Assembly (NCBI GenBank): GCA_043767805.1
Contig: JAYUGC010000090.1
Span: forward strand, 1 to 30,766
Length of the DNA: 30,766 nucleotides
Direction of reading: 5' to 3'
Origin: Pseudomonadota bacterium
GTDB lineage: Bacteria; Bdellovibrionota; FAC87; UBA2466
Shown: positions 9,861 to 17,385 of the stretch, piece by piece
Layout: every line of letters starts with the position of its first letter
Position numbering within the stretch: position 1 is the first letter of the stretch
Translations under genes and position numbers: made by a program
Notes under the pieces: model-generated
Databases searched by the model: none
What the model saw: the letters and a program-made list of their open reading frames with translations, nothing else
Told to the model about the DNA's origin: nothing

Positions 9861-10759
9861 TGGGTTTCCAAGGCGCCCTGCTTCTCTCACTACTAGTACA
9901 CGTCGCCCTGTTACGTCTGGGCGAAACGCGCACTGACGTAGCGCCTTCTTCCCCGGGAACTCCCGTTGAAATTTGGTCCCCGAAAGAAGGCGGCGCGGGC
10001 GCCGGAGGCAAGATCGCCAACGGTTCCGGCTCGGGTCATGCGAGGAAGCTCACCCTGCGAAGCCTCCTCGATATCGGTCCCGGCTCTCCCGGAGACACTG
10101 CCGGAACGGGGGGCCCAGGAAAGGGCGGCGGGGGCGGCGCCGATCTCGACACGCTAACCGAAGCGCGCGGCATGAAGTTTGAAGACGAGGTCGCCCGCTG
10201 GCCCTGGCTTGATTCCGTCTGGAAGCGCGTCGATTCGGGCGTCAATTACCCTGAGGATTTCGTAAAGCAACGGATCGCGGGCTCGGTCCATCTTCAGCTG
10301 CGGCTCGACGGCGAAGGAAAACTCGTGGGCGGTTTTCGCCGGATCGAGTCGGATCATCCCTACCTTCGTGCTTATGTACTGACGGCTTTGATAAACGCAC
10401 TCAAAACGCCTCTACCGCGATCTTTTTGCCGGGAGAAGGGCATGGCGGTGGCTCTCCATTTCGAGTTCAAGGGAAGCTCGGATCCCGGCGCGGTATTGCG
10501 CGACCGGGGCAAGTTCGCCCGAAATCAGATGACCTTTCTTCGGACGGCCTTCGTCCCTCCCCTTTGGGAAGAAAAGCTGGAGCAGCTCAGGAAATTTCTT
10601 CCGCCCATCTTGCCGCTACCAGGCGGAGCCTTCGTCGATTTCGTGCAGGCATATCGGATGATCGACTCCTGGGGCAAACAGAGCGAGCAGGAGCTCCGGG
10701 CGGATCGCACCGCGGAAATTTATCACCTCTTGAAGCGCCAAATAGAAAAGGCAAATTAG
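9860..10759 (+). CDS. TonB/TolA-like energy transducer family protein
   Basis: N-terminal TM with SLLVH (SxxxH), Gly-rich linker and TonB-C-like segment YPEDFVKQRIAGSVHLQLRLDGEG. Confidence 0.7.
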   Translation: MGFQGALLLSLLVHVALLRLGETRTDVAPSSPGTPVEIWSPKEGGAGAGGKIANGSGSGHARKLTLRSLLDIGPGSPGDTAGTGGPGKGGGGGADLDTLTEARGMKFEDEVARWPWLDSVWKRVDSGVNYPEDFVKQRIAGSVHLQLRLDGEGKLVGGFRRIESDHPYLRAYVLTALINALKTPLPRSFCREKGMAVALHFEFKGSSDPGAVLRDRGKFARNQMTFLRTAFVPPLWEEKLEQLRKFLPPILPLPGGAFVDFVQAYRMIDSWGKQSEQELRADRTAEIYHLLKRQIEKAN

Positions 10760-10863
10760 CTTAGGCACTTTTTGGTATGGGGCAACAGGCAACTTACAAT
10801 CACCGCGCCGCTTTCACTGGCTAAAAGTCCAGACACCTTTTGTTTTCGGGGTAGAATAGTCCC

Positions 10864-11277
10864 ATGGAAGGCGAAGGCGCGGTCGTAGGCAAGAAGGCCC
10901 CTAACTTCATTCTGAGCGATCAAGACGGTAAGGACATCGCTTTGAATGAGATCTGTAAGAATGGTCCGGTGATGATCGCATTCTATCCAGGAGATTTTAC
11001 TCTCACGTGCACCAAGCAACTGTGCAATTACCGGGATAATTTAAATCAGTTCACGGAAATGGGAGTCACAGTCTTGGGAATCAGCAAGAATTCCCCCACC
11101 GAGCACAAGAAATTTTCCGACCATTACAGCCTCACGTTTCCTCTGCTTAGCGATCCAGATAAAGACGTGGCGAAGAAATTCAAGTGCGAATCGCTCGTCA
11201 TGCTGGGAGCCGTGAGCCGAGCGGTCGACAAAAGAATGGGAGGATCACTTCATGAAGTTTGGTTTTACTGGGCTTAA
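10864..11277 (+). pseudogene. bcp: Peroxiredoxin (Bcp/PrxQ family), apparently C-terminally truncated
   Basis: APNFILSDQDG, FYPGDFTLTCTKQLC and FPLLSD. After the catalytic-Arg segment SRAV, the expected F-I-I-D/N-x-x-G strand is replaced by unrelated sequence at ~11228. Confidence 0.7.
11228..11239 (+). repeat. 12-bp direct repeat, left copy (ACAAAAGAATGG)
   Basis: Identical to 16910-16921 and coincides with the bcp breakpoint. Confidence 0.75.
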
Positions 11278-11632
11278 GTTCAAGATGGTTATCGCTCTTT
11301 CGTTATTGTTCGCGCTGAATGGATCGCCTGCCGGTGCTATCCCTTGCGATGAGGGAACTGTCTCGGTGTTCGACGGAACCGAGATAGTAACGGAATCCAG
11401 CGAATTCATGAATGAGATTGGAGCCTGCAATATTGCCCGCGAAACCGCCGAAAATCGAGTTTTTACCGAAGTGAGTCGCCTGCGCGATGAGCTCTGTATC
11501 TATGATAAAGGCGATGTCTATTTGACTGGAACTTTGAATACTTCACATTGTGGCTGCAGTTCCACTCCTGGCACCTCGCGATGCTCGGCTCAAGCGTCCC
11601 AGGAATATGTCTGCTGCAAGCAGATGAAATAG
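11252..11632 (+). CDS. Small Cys-rich secreted protein
   Basis: GGAGG SD, signal peptide ending AGA and 8 Cys in the mature region. Confidence 0.65.
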   Translation: MKFGFTGLKFKMVIALSLLFALNGSPAGAIPCDEGTVSVFDGTEIVTESSEFMNEIGACNIARETAENRVFTEVSRLRDELCIYDKGDVYLTGTLNTSHCGCSSTPGTSRCSAQASQEYVCCKQMK

Positions 11633-12293
11633 TCCCGCCTATTGCTCAAGCATCAGTGTTTTTGTAGAAAGATTTCATTGGTGACCTCCAAATAAGGTCA
11701 TAAAAGCTAGGCTCCTCACGGTGCTTTAGAACCGCGATTTCCGGTTTCTCCAGCCCTGCTTTTTGACAAGCTTCTTTGGAGATAAGTGAATCACGACTGC
11801 CTCTCCAGGTTGTACGGGTCCGATGCGGCTTTTCTCATCAATCCTATAGAGAGACGTATTCACGCGAATGTAATATCCCTGCAGCTTATCGATACTGATT
11901 CGGAATTTCCCTGCCTCCACGGAAGCGCGCCTTCAAAAAGAAGAAACGCCTCCTTTATGATAGGGACGTTTACGACTCTCCTGATTGGACCTTCTCCGAG
12001 TGCTGTACGCTGGGACTTTTGCCATAGAAGGTGCTCGCGGACGTATCGCCTGTAGGTCCACGCCTTCGCCCACTTCGAGGGATAGCTCACATTTTCATTT
12101 TCATCGCTCGTGTGGGTACCGGCTCCGTGGACGGTGACCTAAGGGACCAATCTTTTGTGGGACGGTTACGGGGGCGGGAACGTGGGGGTCAGAAAAAACT
12201 CAATAATATCAAATATAAATGCCCCCCCCTGGTGGACGACTTTCGAACCGCTCTACGGGCAATTGCAGTCTGAAATGAGGGCGCTCTTTCTTG

Positions 12294-12330
12294 TTCCCTC
12301 GTTCTCCGGTTAATGACGGGAACGAGGGAA
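12294..12330. repeat. 11-bp perfect inverted repeat (hairpin)
   Basis: TTCCCTCGTTC (12294-12304) / GAACGAGGGAA (12320-12330). Confidence 0.6.
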
Positions 12331-12472
12331 ATGTATAACCACTGACTCCCTTTCCTATGCGTACGCACTCGGCTGGAGGTCCAATAACGCCTCTAGGCGG
12401 CCAGAGCCGCCAACCCGGCTTATTTACAGACTAGCGATCACTGCTTACGCGACGTATTAATCCTGGCTATAC

Positions 12473-12498
12473 ATGATTTTAAGTCATATAATGATTTT
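12473..12498 (+). promoter_or_regulatory. TA operon promoter: -10 TATAAT with adjacent imperfect palindrome (candidate operator)
   Basis: ATGATTTTAAGTCAT at 12473-12487, TATAAT at 12487-12492, 6 nt before ATG 12499. Confidence 0.55.
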
Positions 12499-12828
12499 AT
12501 GGCGCCGGTTGATTATAAGGTGCAGAGAATGAGCCGGAACGAGGCTCGGAAGCAGGTGACGAAAATTGTCACTGCGACGCCAGGCGAAATCCGTTTTAGC
12601 GGCCACGCCCTTAAGGAGCTGAGTGCTGATGGGCTAACGACGTTGGACGCGCTGAATGTCCTGAAAAGCACGGCAAGCCGGATCAATGCGGAAGGGGAAT
12701 TGGATAAGGGCAGTTATCGGTACCGGATTGAGACGAATTTTATTTTGGTCGTGGTGGCTTTTAGCCCAGACGGTTCTGGTTTGTCCGTGGTTACCGCCTG
12801 GGACAAGAGAAAAAGGGGAAAGAAATGA
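12499..12828 (+). CDS. DUF4258-like putative toxin
   Basis: IRFSGHALKEL, YRYRIE and C-terminal VVTAW; overlaps the start of the Zn-finger/HTH gene (ATGA). Confidence 0.7.
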   Translation: MAPVDYKVQRMSRNEARKQVTKIVTATPGEIRFSGHALKELSADGLTTLDALNVLKSTASRINAEGELDKGSYRYRIETNFILVVVAFSPDGSGLSVVTAWDKRKRGKK

Positions 12829-13319
12829 ACTGTATTTGCGAAAATAAGAAGCCCCTGAAACGGGAATTGGTTACGAAAAAATACATTGAGGGCGGGCTTG
12901 AGAACGTCACCCTCGTCAACGTGGAGCGGTTCCATTGCCCCGAGTGCGGAGAAGAATTCTTCGGGTATGGGAATCTGGAAGCCCTGCATGAGAAAATCGC
13001 CGCCCTGTTCTTGCAAAAAAAGGCTCTTCTGACCGGCAAGGAAATACGTTTCATCCGAAAACACCTGGGATACAGCGGGATAAAGTTTGCCGAATTGGTC
13101 GGCTACGAGCCAGAGACTGTCTATAGAATCGAAGGGGGGAAAAATCCAGTGACTCCTGCGTTTGACCGGCTCATTCGGTTCTTCGCCGCAAGCAAAATCA
13201 CGGACCGCAACTACGATCTGCACGATTTGCTTGCCTCGGGAAAACTACGGGACTTTGAGTCAATCAAGCTACGACACGCTAGATCTGGCGAGTGGAAACT
13301 ATTGGACGATGCTGCATAG
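12825..13319 (+). CDS. MqsA/YgiT-type Zn-ribbon + XRE HTH antitoxin
   Basis: CxC N-terminus, GLENVTL, CPECGE and HTH LTGKEIRFIRKHLGYSGIKFAELVG..ETVYRIE. Confidence 0.85.
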   Translation: MNCICENKKPLKRELVTKKYIEGGLENVTLVNVERFHCPECGEEFFGYGNLEALHEKIAALFLQKKALLTGKEIRFIRKHLGYSGIKFAELVGYEPETVYRIEGGKNPVTPAFDRLIRFFAASKITDRNYDLHDLLASGKLRDFESIKLRHARSGEWKLLDDAA

Positions 13320-13374
13320 GTAATTGATTTTTACTGCCGCCAGTCAACTTCATACCTACATGCTGTAACCGTTT

Positions 13375-14199
13375 CTAAAACCAGCTAAAGAGATCAAAAT
13401 TCATTTGGTAGGTTCTTTTTTGGGGAGATCCCTTAACCAGATGCTCGGTCTCCTTCACCAAGAGCCGGAATCTGGCTTTAATTTGGGCCATGGTTTCATC
13501 GTCGGTGGAAAACGTGGTCATGAAACAATGCTTTTCCTCTTCGGGGAGCCGGATCACTTGCGTCGCGCTGAAGAGACGAAGCAGCGTCTGGTGTAGGCGC
13601 ATCAAGGGGTGATCCGTGCCGAAATGCACCCGACTTTGCAGAACGCGGGTTATCTTCTGTCCTTCTCCAAGTTCGACGAAATTCAATCCCTCCAGCTTCT
13701 TGAGGGTGCGTTGCAAGCGTTGGGACGTGATGCCGAGGAGCGGACAGAGGCGGCCAGGGTTTTTCAGGTAACCGGGAATGGCCAGAGACACATGTACCAA
13801 AACGCAGAGCGGATCAAAAAGATAGTCCATCTCCTGATTCAGTTGCCGAGCCCTGAACTCCTGAACGGGCGCGCTCACCTCCCGTGACCTGCGGATCTGA
13901 TCCAATTTCTTCTGAAGAAATTCCCGGCGACCCTTGTCCTGGGAAATGGCGTGGGCCCGCAACAAAAAGATGAAATCGATCTCATTGGGCAGGAACTCTA
14001 GAAGGTGACATACAGAAAAAAGGTGATCCTCATTAAGATGCGCCTTCTCATCGTGGAGAGTCTTTGAAAGATAGGTGGCTTGGAGCGGAATTTTTTCGGC
14101 GATTCTCTTGAGGGTGATCCGCTTTCCCTGCGCGGCGAGGGCCTTAACTCTACCCCGCAGAAGAGCCTTATAGTCCGCCTCCTGAAAGATGTCCTTCAT
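13375..14199 (-). CDS. TIGR02147/DUF4423-like HTH protein
   Basis: 274 aa with DYKALL start, HTH (LKRIAEKIP.QATYLS), second wHTH, HQ motif and YQMNFDLF C-terminus, matching the layout of this family. Confidence 0.75.
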   Translation of the reverse strand: MKDIFQEADYKALLRGRVKALAAQGKRITLKRIAEKIPLQATYLSKTLHDEKAHLNEDHLFSVCHLLEFLPNEIDFIFLLRAHAISQDKGRREFLQKKLDQIRRSREVSAPVQEFRARQLNQEMDYLFDPLCVLVHVSLAIPGYLKNPGRLCPLLGITSQRLQRTLKKLEGLNFVELGEGQKITRVLQSRVHFGTDHPLMRLHQTLLRLFSATQVIRLPEEEKHCFMTTFSTDDETMAQIKARFRLLVKETEHLVKGSPQKRTYQMNFDLFSWF

Positions 14200-14211
14200 T
14201 CAAAATCCCAT

Positions 14212-14267
14212 TTCATATACTAGAGGTGTATGAACTTGAACGATCTTATAGCATTATTTTATGCTAT
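14212..14267. promoter_or_regulatory. AT-rich divergent promoter region with two inverted repeats
   Basis: TTCATATAC-5nt-GTGTATGAA (1 mismatch) and ATAGCAT-6nt-ATGCTAT (14248-14267). Confidence 0.5.
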
Positions 14268-14352
14268 TTGAATAAGTTATTTCCTAGAGTTGGGTCTGGA
14301 ACGCCTCTCTTTAAAGAGGGGCTCAATGGAACTCAGACGAAAGGAACGCCCA

Positions 14353-14862
14353 ATGAAAAAACTTATTCTATTGTTTACCGTCACGTCCTTCGCTCCTAGT
14401 TACGCCGGACTATTTCCAGGCCCTACTCAGCAAGAACCTCGGGCTTGGAGTCAGGGAGGAACTTGCACGGACTTCTCGGGCTTGTGGAAAGGAAAGTGTC
14501 TGAATACCCCGCAAAGCACCGACGATACCTTCGAGATCGAGCAAAATGGCTGTAATTATCTTTCAACAAAGAAAGAGCACTTTGTCGTTGGCGGGACAAG
14601 AACGACGGTGGAAACCGACCCTCAGTTGGCCCTAGGCGGGTCTTCCGCGATGGTAAGAACGAGCACGATGGCCTTGGATTGGAACCAGGACAAGACTGAG
14701 CTTCTTGGCCACGGCGCGTGGGACTGGCATGAAGCGGGTGCCGCGAGTTCAGGAGGGGCGGTAGCTTTCACGGGTCGGATGGGAGTGAAGGGGAAGCGTC
14801 TAATGGCGGAGTTTTCGGTGGCGGGGAAGCCCTTCCGTTGCGTATACGACAAACAAAACTAG
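14353..14862 (+). CDS. Hypothetical secreted protein
   Basis: AAGGA SD, signal peptide MKKLILLFTVTSFAPSYA, CTDFSGLWKGKC motif and beta-rich sequence. Confidence 0.75.
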   Translation: MKKLILLFTVTSFAPSYAGLFPGPTQQEPRAWSQGGTCTDFSGLWKGKCLNTPQSTDDTFEIEQNGCNYLSTKKEHFVVGGTRTTVETDPQLALGGSSAMVRTSTMALDWNQDKTELLGHGAWDWHEAGAASSGGAVAFTGRMGVKGKRLMAEFSVAGKPFRCVYDKQN

Positions 14863-14922
14863 TGCTAGCTTGCCCTGCCAGCGAGGGGGGGGGGCCACTG
14901 TGGTCCCCCTCGATTTACTAAA

Positions 14923-16137
14923 ATGGTCATGATGCGCAAGAACCTCTTTTTCTCTTTCTTCGGTGGTCTATCCTGCCTCCTTTTCGCCTGTGGTCGGCCT
15001 ATTGTTAGCGGTCCCGCTGCCGAGGAGGGTTGGGTATCTTCGGGTGGCGAGCTTATCAAGGGTGGGCAGAATCCCTGGTGGCTTAAAAACACCACGGTGG
15101 TTAATTATTGCGTTCAGATTGATAAGGATACCGTGTCCGCTTCCCCGGAAAGGATCGCCGCTCTAATCGAGAAAGCCCTTGGGTACTGGAAGTCTGAGTT
15201 TGCCCGCAGGGCCGAAATTCTCCCTATCTCGGACGTGATGAACTTGTCGTTTAACGAGATCGGAGTAGGCGCGCAGGAGTTTCGGAACGGACCCTGCACA
15301 GGAAATGAGGATCTGAGATTCCAGTTCGGTCTTGGCACTTTGACGTCGGAGCAGATTGCCCAAATCCGAAACCCCCAGACCTATATCGCCCTTGCGGTAC
15401 GCACCTATTACGATGAAAAACAGATGAAAGGTAAGGGGTTCGTTTATATATCCTCGGATAAAGGAACGAAACGACCGTCCGGTGATTCCGAGTTCATGGA
15501 AACCCCCTGGCAGCACGACACGGTCCTGAGCATGGTCCTTATACATGAGTTAGGCCACGTGTTTGGCATCCCCCATATGGGCGAGAAGTTTAGCCTCATG
15601 TCCCAAGATCTCCCTGAGATCATTGTGAGCAAGCTGGCGGAAAAGGACATAAAGAGGGTTCCCCTCGAAGACGTCCTCTCTTTTCCTTTTTTCCTTCCTC
15701 CGAGTCATTTCCGAGGTGGGCACTTCGACGAAGGGACATTTGAAATTTCCAGGCGCTTTCTCGGTCTGCCCCCGAATCCTTCGGTCCACATTCATCTAAA
15801 CGTGAAAGCACCAGGGAATGAAATCCAAGTTGCCGTTAGCGAAGGGGCAAAATCCCCTCAGACTTCAGTGGGGGTCATCAAAGACCTTAAACTTAAATCG
15901 ATCATCCACATGGCCATTGTCTTGCACCTACCACCGAGCCAAGAGGTCTTTCCCGTGGAATCATACTCAACCCACCTTCGTCCGGGACCCTTTCGGCTGG
16001 AAATGCAGGGCACGGGCATCTATGAGTCGGCCTCGGGTACGGGCGGGCCGGTGTTTCTCAACCTCACACAGGCTCAATCTTTCCAGGTCTACGGGGTTGT
16101 GAACGGAAAACTCGAAGAGCTAATCTCGGCGAAGTAG
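14923..16137 (+). CDS. Zinc metalloprotease lipoprotein (metzincin, matrixin-like)
   Basis: Lipobox LFAC, HELGHVFGIPH (HExxHxxGxxH) and Met-turn SLMS. Confidence 0.85.
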   Translation: MVMMRKNLFFSFFGGLSCLLFACGRPIVSGPAAEEGWVSSGGELIKGGQNPWWLKNTTVVNYCVQIDKDTVSASPERIAALIEKALGYWKSEFARRAEILPISDVMNLSFNEIGVGAQEFRNGPCTGNEDLRFQFGLGTLTSEQIAQIRNPQTYIALAVRTYYDEKQMKGKGFVYISSDKGTKRPSGDSEFMETPWQHDTVLSMVLIHELGHVFGIPHMGEKFSLMSQDLPEIIVSKLAEKDIKRVPLEDVLSFPFFLPPSHFRGGHFDEGTFEISRRFLGLPPNPSVHIHLNVKAPGNEIQVAVSEGAKSPQTSVGVIKDLKLKSIIHMAIVLHLPPSQEVFPVESYSTHLRPGPFRLEMQGTGIYESASGTGGPVFLNLTQAQSFQVYGVVNGKLEELISAK

Positions 16138-16280
16138 TCCCGCCCTTCTTCTAGGATCAATGTGAGGGAAGGGTCCGTGCAGGGAAGTCCGTTGGATCAA
16201 ATATCCCCCGCCGGCGGAGGGACCTCCACCTTGGCATCGAAGCAGTAGCCTGACTCACTAAAGTAGTGAAGAATATAGAA

Positions 16281-16526
16281 ATGAGTCAGTTTGAAGAAGG
16301 ACATTCAAAGACAGGCGGACGGCAGAAAGGCACACCGAACAAGAAAACCGCGCTGCTTCATCAAACTTTCGAGCGCCTGAGCTGCGATGTGCCTGCCTTA
16401 ATAATTGAAGCTCTCCCTGACCTTACTCCGGACAAGCGCGTGGACGTATTACTCGCCTTGATGCAGTACCTCTACCCCAAACGACGGCCCTTCGCGCTCA
16501 CTCTAATGGAAGAGATGTCCGCCTAG
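16281..16526 (+). CDS. Phage-like small protein (terminase-small-subunit-like N-terminus)
   Basis: FEEGHSKTGGRQKGTPNKKT motif common in phage proteins, and YLYPK near the C-terminus. Confidence 0.6.
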   Translation: MSQFEEGHSKTGGRQKGTPNKKTALLHQTFERLSCDVPALIIEALPDLTPDKRVDVLLALMQYLYPKRRPFALTLMEEMSA

Positions 16527-16699
16527 TTCCAAAGCCCGGTATCGGGGTTTTCTGCACACTTCCCAAGGCATCTTGACCAAGCCGAAGTCCAAAGGCTAGG
16601 AGAGGGATAATGGGACGGGATGGGAGAGGGAACGAGGTCCGCCAGGCATGGAATATCCCGCAATTAGGATCGGGGCCAGGCGACGAATGCCGGGAAGAG

Positions 16700-16921
16700 C
16701 AGGCCCAGTTGCAGCTTCATACGACTACGCTGGAAACTGCCAAATCCATTCTCGAACTGGCGACATCCGCTAAAACATTGTGGTTTTCTCGTTCGGCCCC
16801 CGAACGACGGGCCTGCTTAGATCGGATACTCTCGAACCCCGTGTTAGATGGCCCAACCGTTCGATATGAACTGAAAAAACCGTTCCTGGCCTTGGCAAGA
16901 ATGAAGGAAACAAAAGAATGG
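16700..16921 (+). pseudogene. C-terminal remnant of a large serine recombinase
   Basis: ETAKSILELATSAKTLW...PERRACLDRILSNPVLDG..V.YELKKPF...KEW reading into the tRNA 3' end; no catalytic N-terminus upstream. The left boundary is approximate. Confidence 0.7.
16910..16921 (+). repeat. 12-bp direct repeat, right copy, overlapping the tRNA CCA
   Basis: ACAAAAGAATGG; the final TGG is the complement of the tRNA CCA end. Confidence 0.75.
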
Positions 16922-16959
16922 CTCCCGGGGAGGGACTCGAACCCCCGACAGGGTGGTTA

Positions 16960-17258
16960 CAGTAAACCCTCATGTTTCCATGAGGTCTGGACTATCTCAT
17001 CACCCTCGACTTTACGTTAGGGTGTCGGGCGCTAATGGGGCTTATTGCTGCGTTACTCATCCCCTAGTCTCTGCACGTTTCCGGCTACATCTACGCTTTG
17101 CCGGACTTCGCTCAGGATTACCCTTCCTATTCGGTTAGGGTTTCCCTGAATTCACCCGATTTTTCAATCCGCCTTTCGGCGGAAAGCTGCATTTGGGCAT
17201 GAAGCTCACGATGGCAGTTGGCGCAAACCAACACTCCATCGAGATTCCTACCCGAGTT
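16960..17258 (-). ncRNA. Group I self-splicing intron (299 nt) at tRNA position 35/36
   Basis: Exon 1 ends in U and the intron ends in G. IGS GCAGCT (17190-17185) pairs with exon GGCTGT through a U-G pair. Motifs: P AATTCAGGGAA, Q AATCCTGAGC, R TGCAGAGACTA, S GAGATAGTCC; P3 TCGGGTG/CGCCCGA; P7 GACTA/TAGTC; P8 CACCCT/AGGGTG; GAAA-capped P2 and P9. Confidence 0.93.
17127..17258 (-). pseudogene. C-terminal remnant of an HNH homing endonuclease inside the intron
   Basis: Frame NSGRNLDGVLVCANCHRELHAQMQLSAERRIEKSGEFRETLTE* carries the CANCHxxxH motif of HNH nuclease C-termini; no N-terminal half. Confidence 0.7.
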
Positions 17259-17385
17259 ACAGCCACCTGCTCTACCAACTGAGCTACCCGGGAACAACCT
17301 TGGACGATTGCCAAATATTACAAACGAAGGGGGATTTGAAAAGGCCTATCTTGGCCCCCCGCATTCTTCCCGGTAAATAATGTGG

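Larger units (their letters stand above)
11228..16921. mobile_element. Decayed tRNA-anchored integrative element / genomic island
   Basis: Exact repeat ACAAAAGAATGG at 11228-11239 and 16910-16921, recombinase tail abutting the tRNA 3' end, TA pair, phage-like ORF and visibly more AT-rich sequence than the flanks. Confidence 0.7.
16919..17293 (-). tRNA. tRNA-Asn(GUU), intron-containing (exon 1 17293-17259, exon 2 16959-16919)
   Basis: Joined exons give a 76-nt cloverleaf: TCCCGGG TA GCTC AGTTGGTA GAGC A GGTGG CTGT|TAA CCACC CTGTC GGGGG TTCGAGT CCCTC CCCGGGA G CCA, with anticodon GTT and G73 discriminator. Confidence 0.95.

Noticed and set aside
11640..12190. Short ORFs on both strands in the island
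   Set aside because: No recognisable motifs and conflicting frames; probably degraded sequence that I cannot assign.
16610..17138. ORF-track entries 16610..17020, 16770..16973 and 16953..17138 as intact proteins
   Set aside because: They are largely translations across the tRNA exon and intron; only ~16700-16918 resembles a real (recombinase) fragment.
17256..17293. tRNA-Tyr(GTA) reading from CTGTAAC, or an intron after U33
   Set aside because: These readings give 6-nt or 5-nt anticodon loops. The short variable arm and G73 fit Asn, and only the 35/36 cut satisfies the U-G pair and terminal G.
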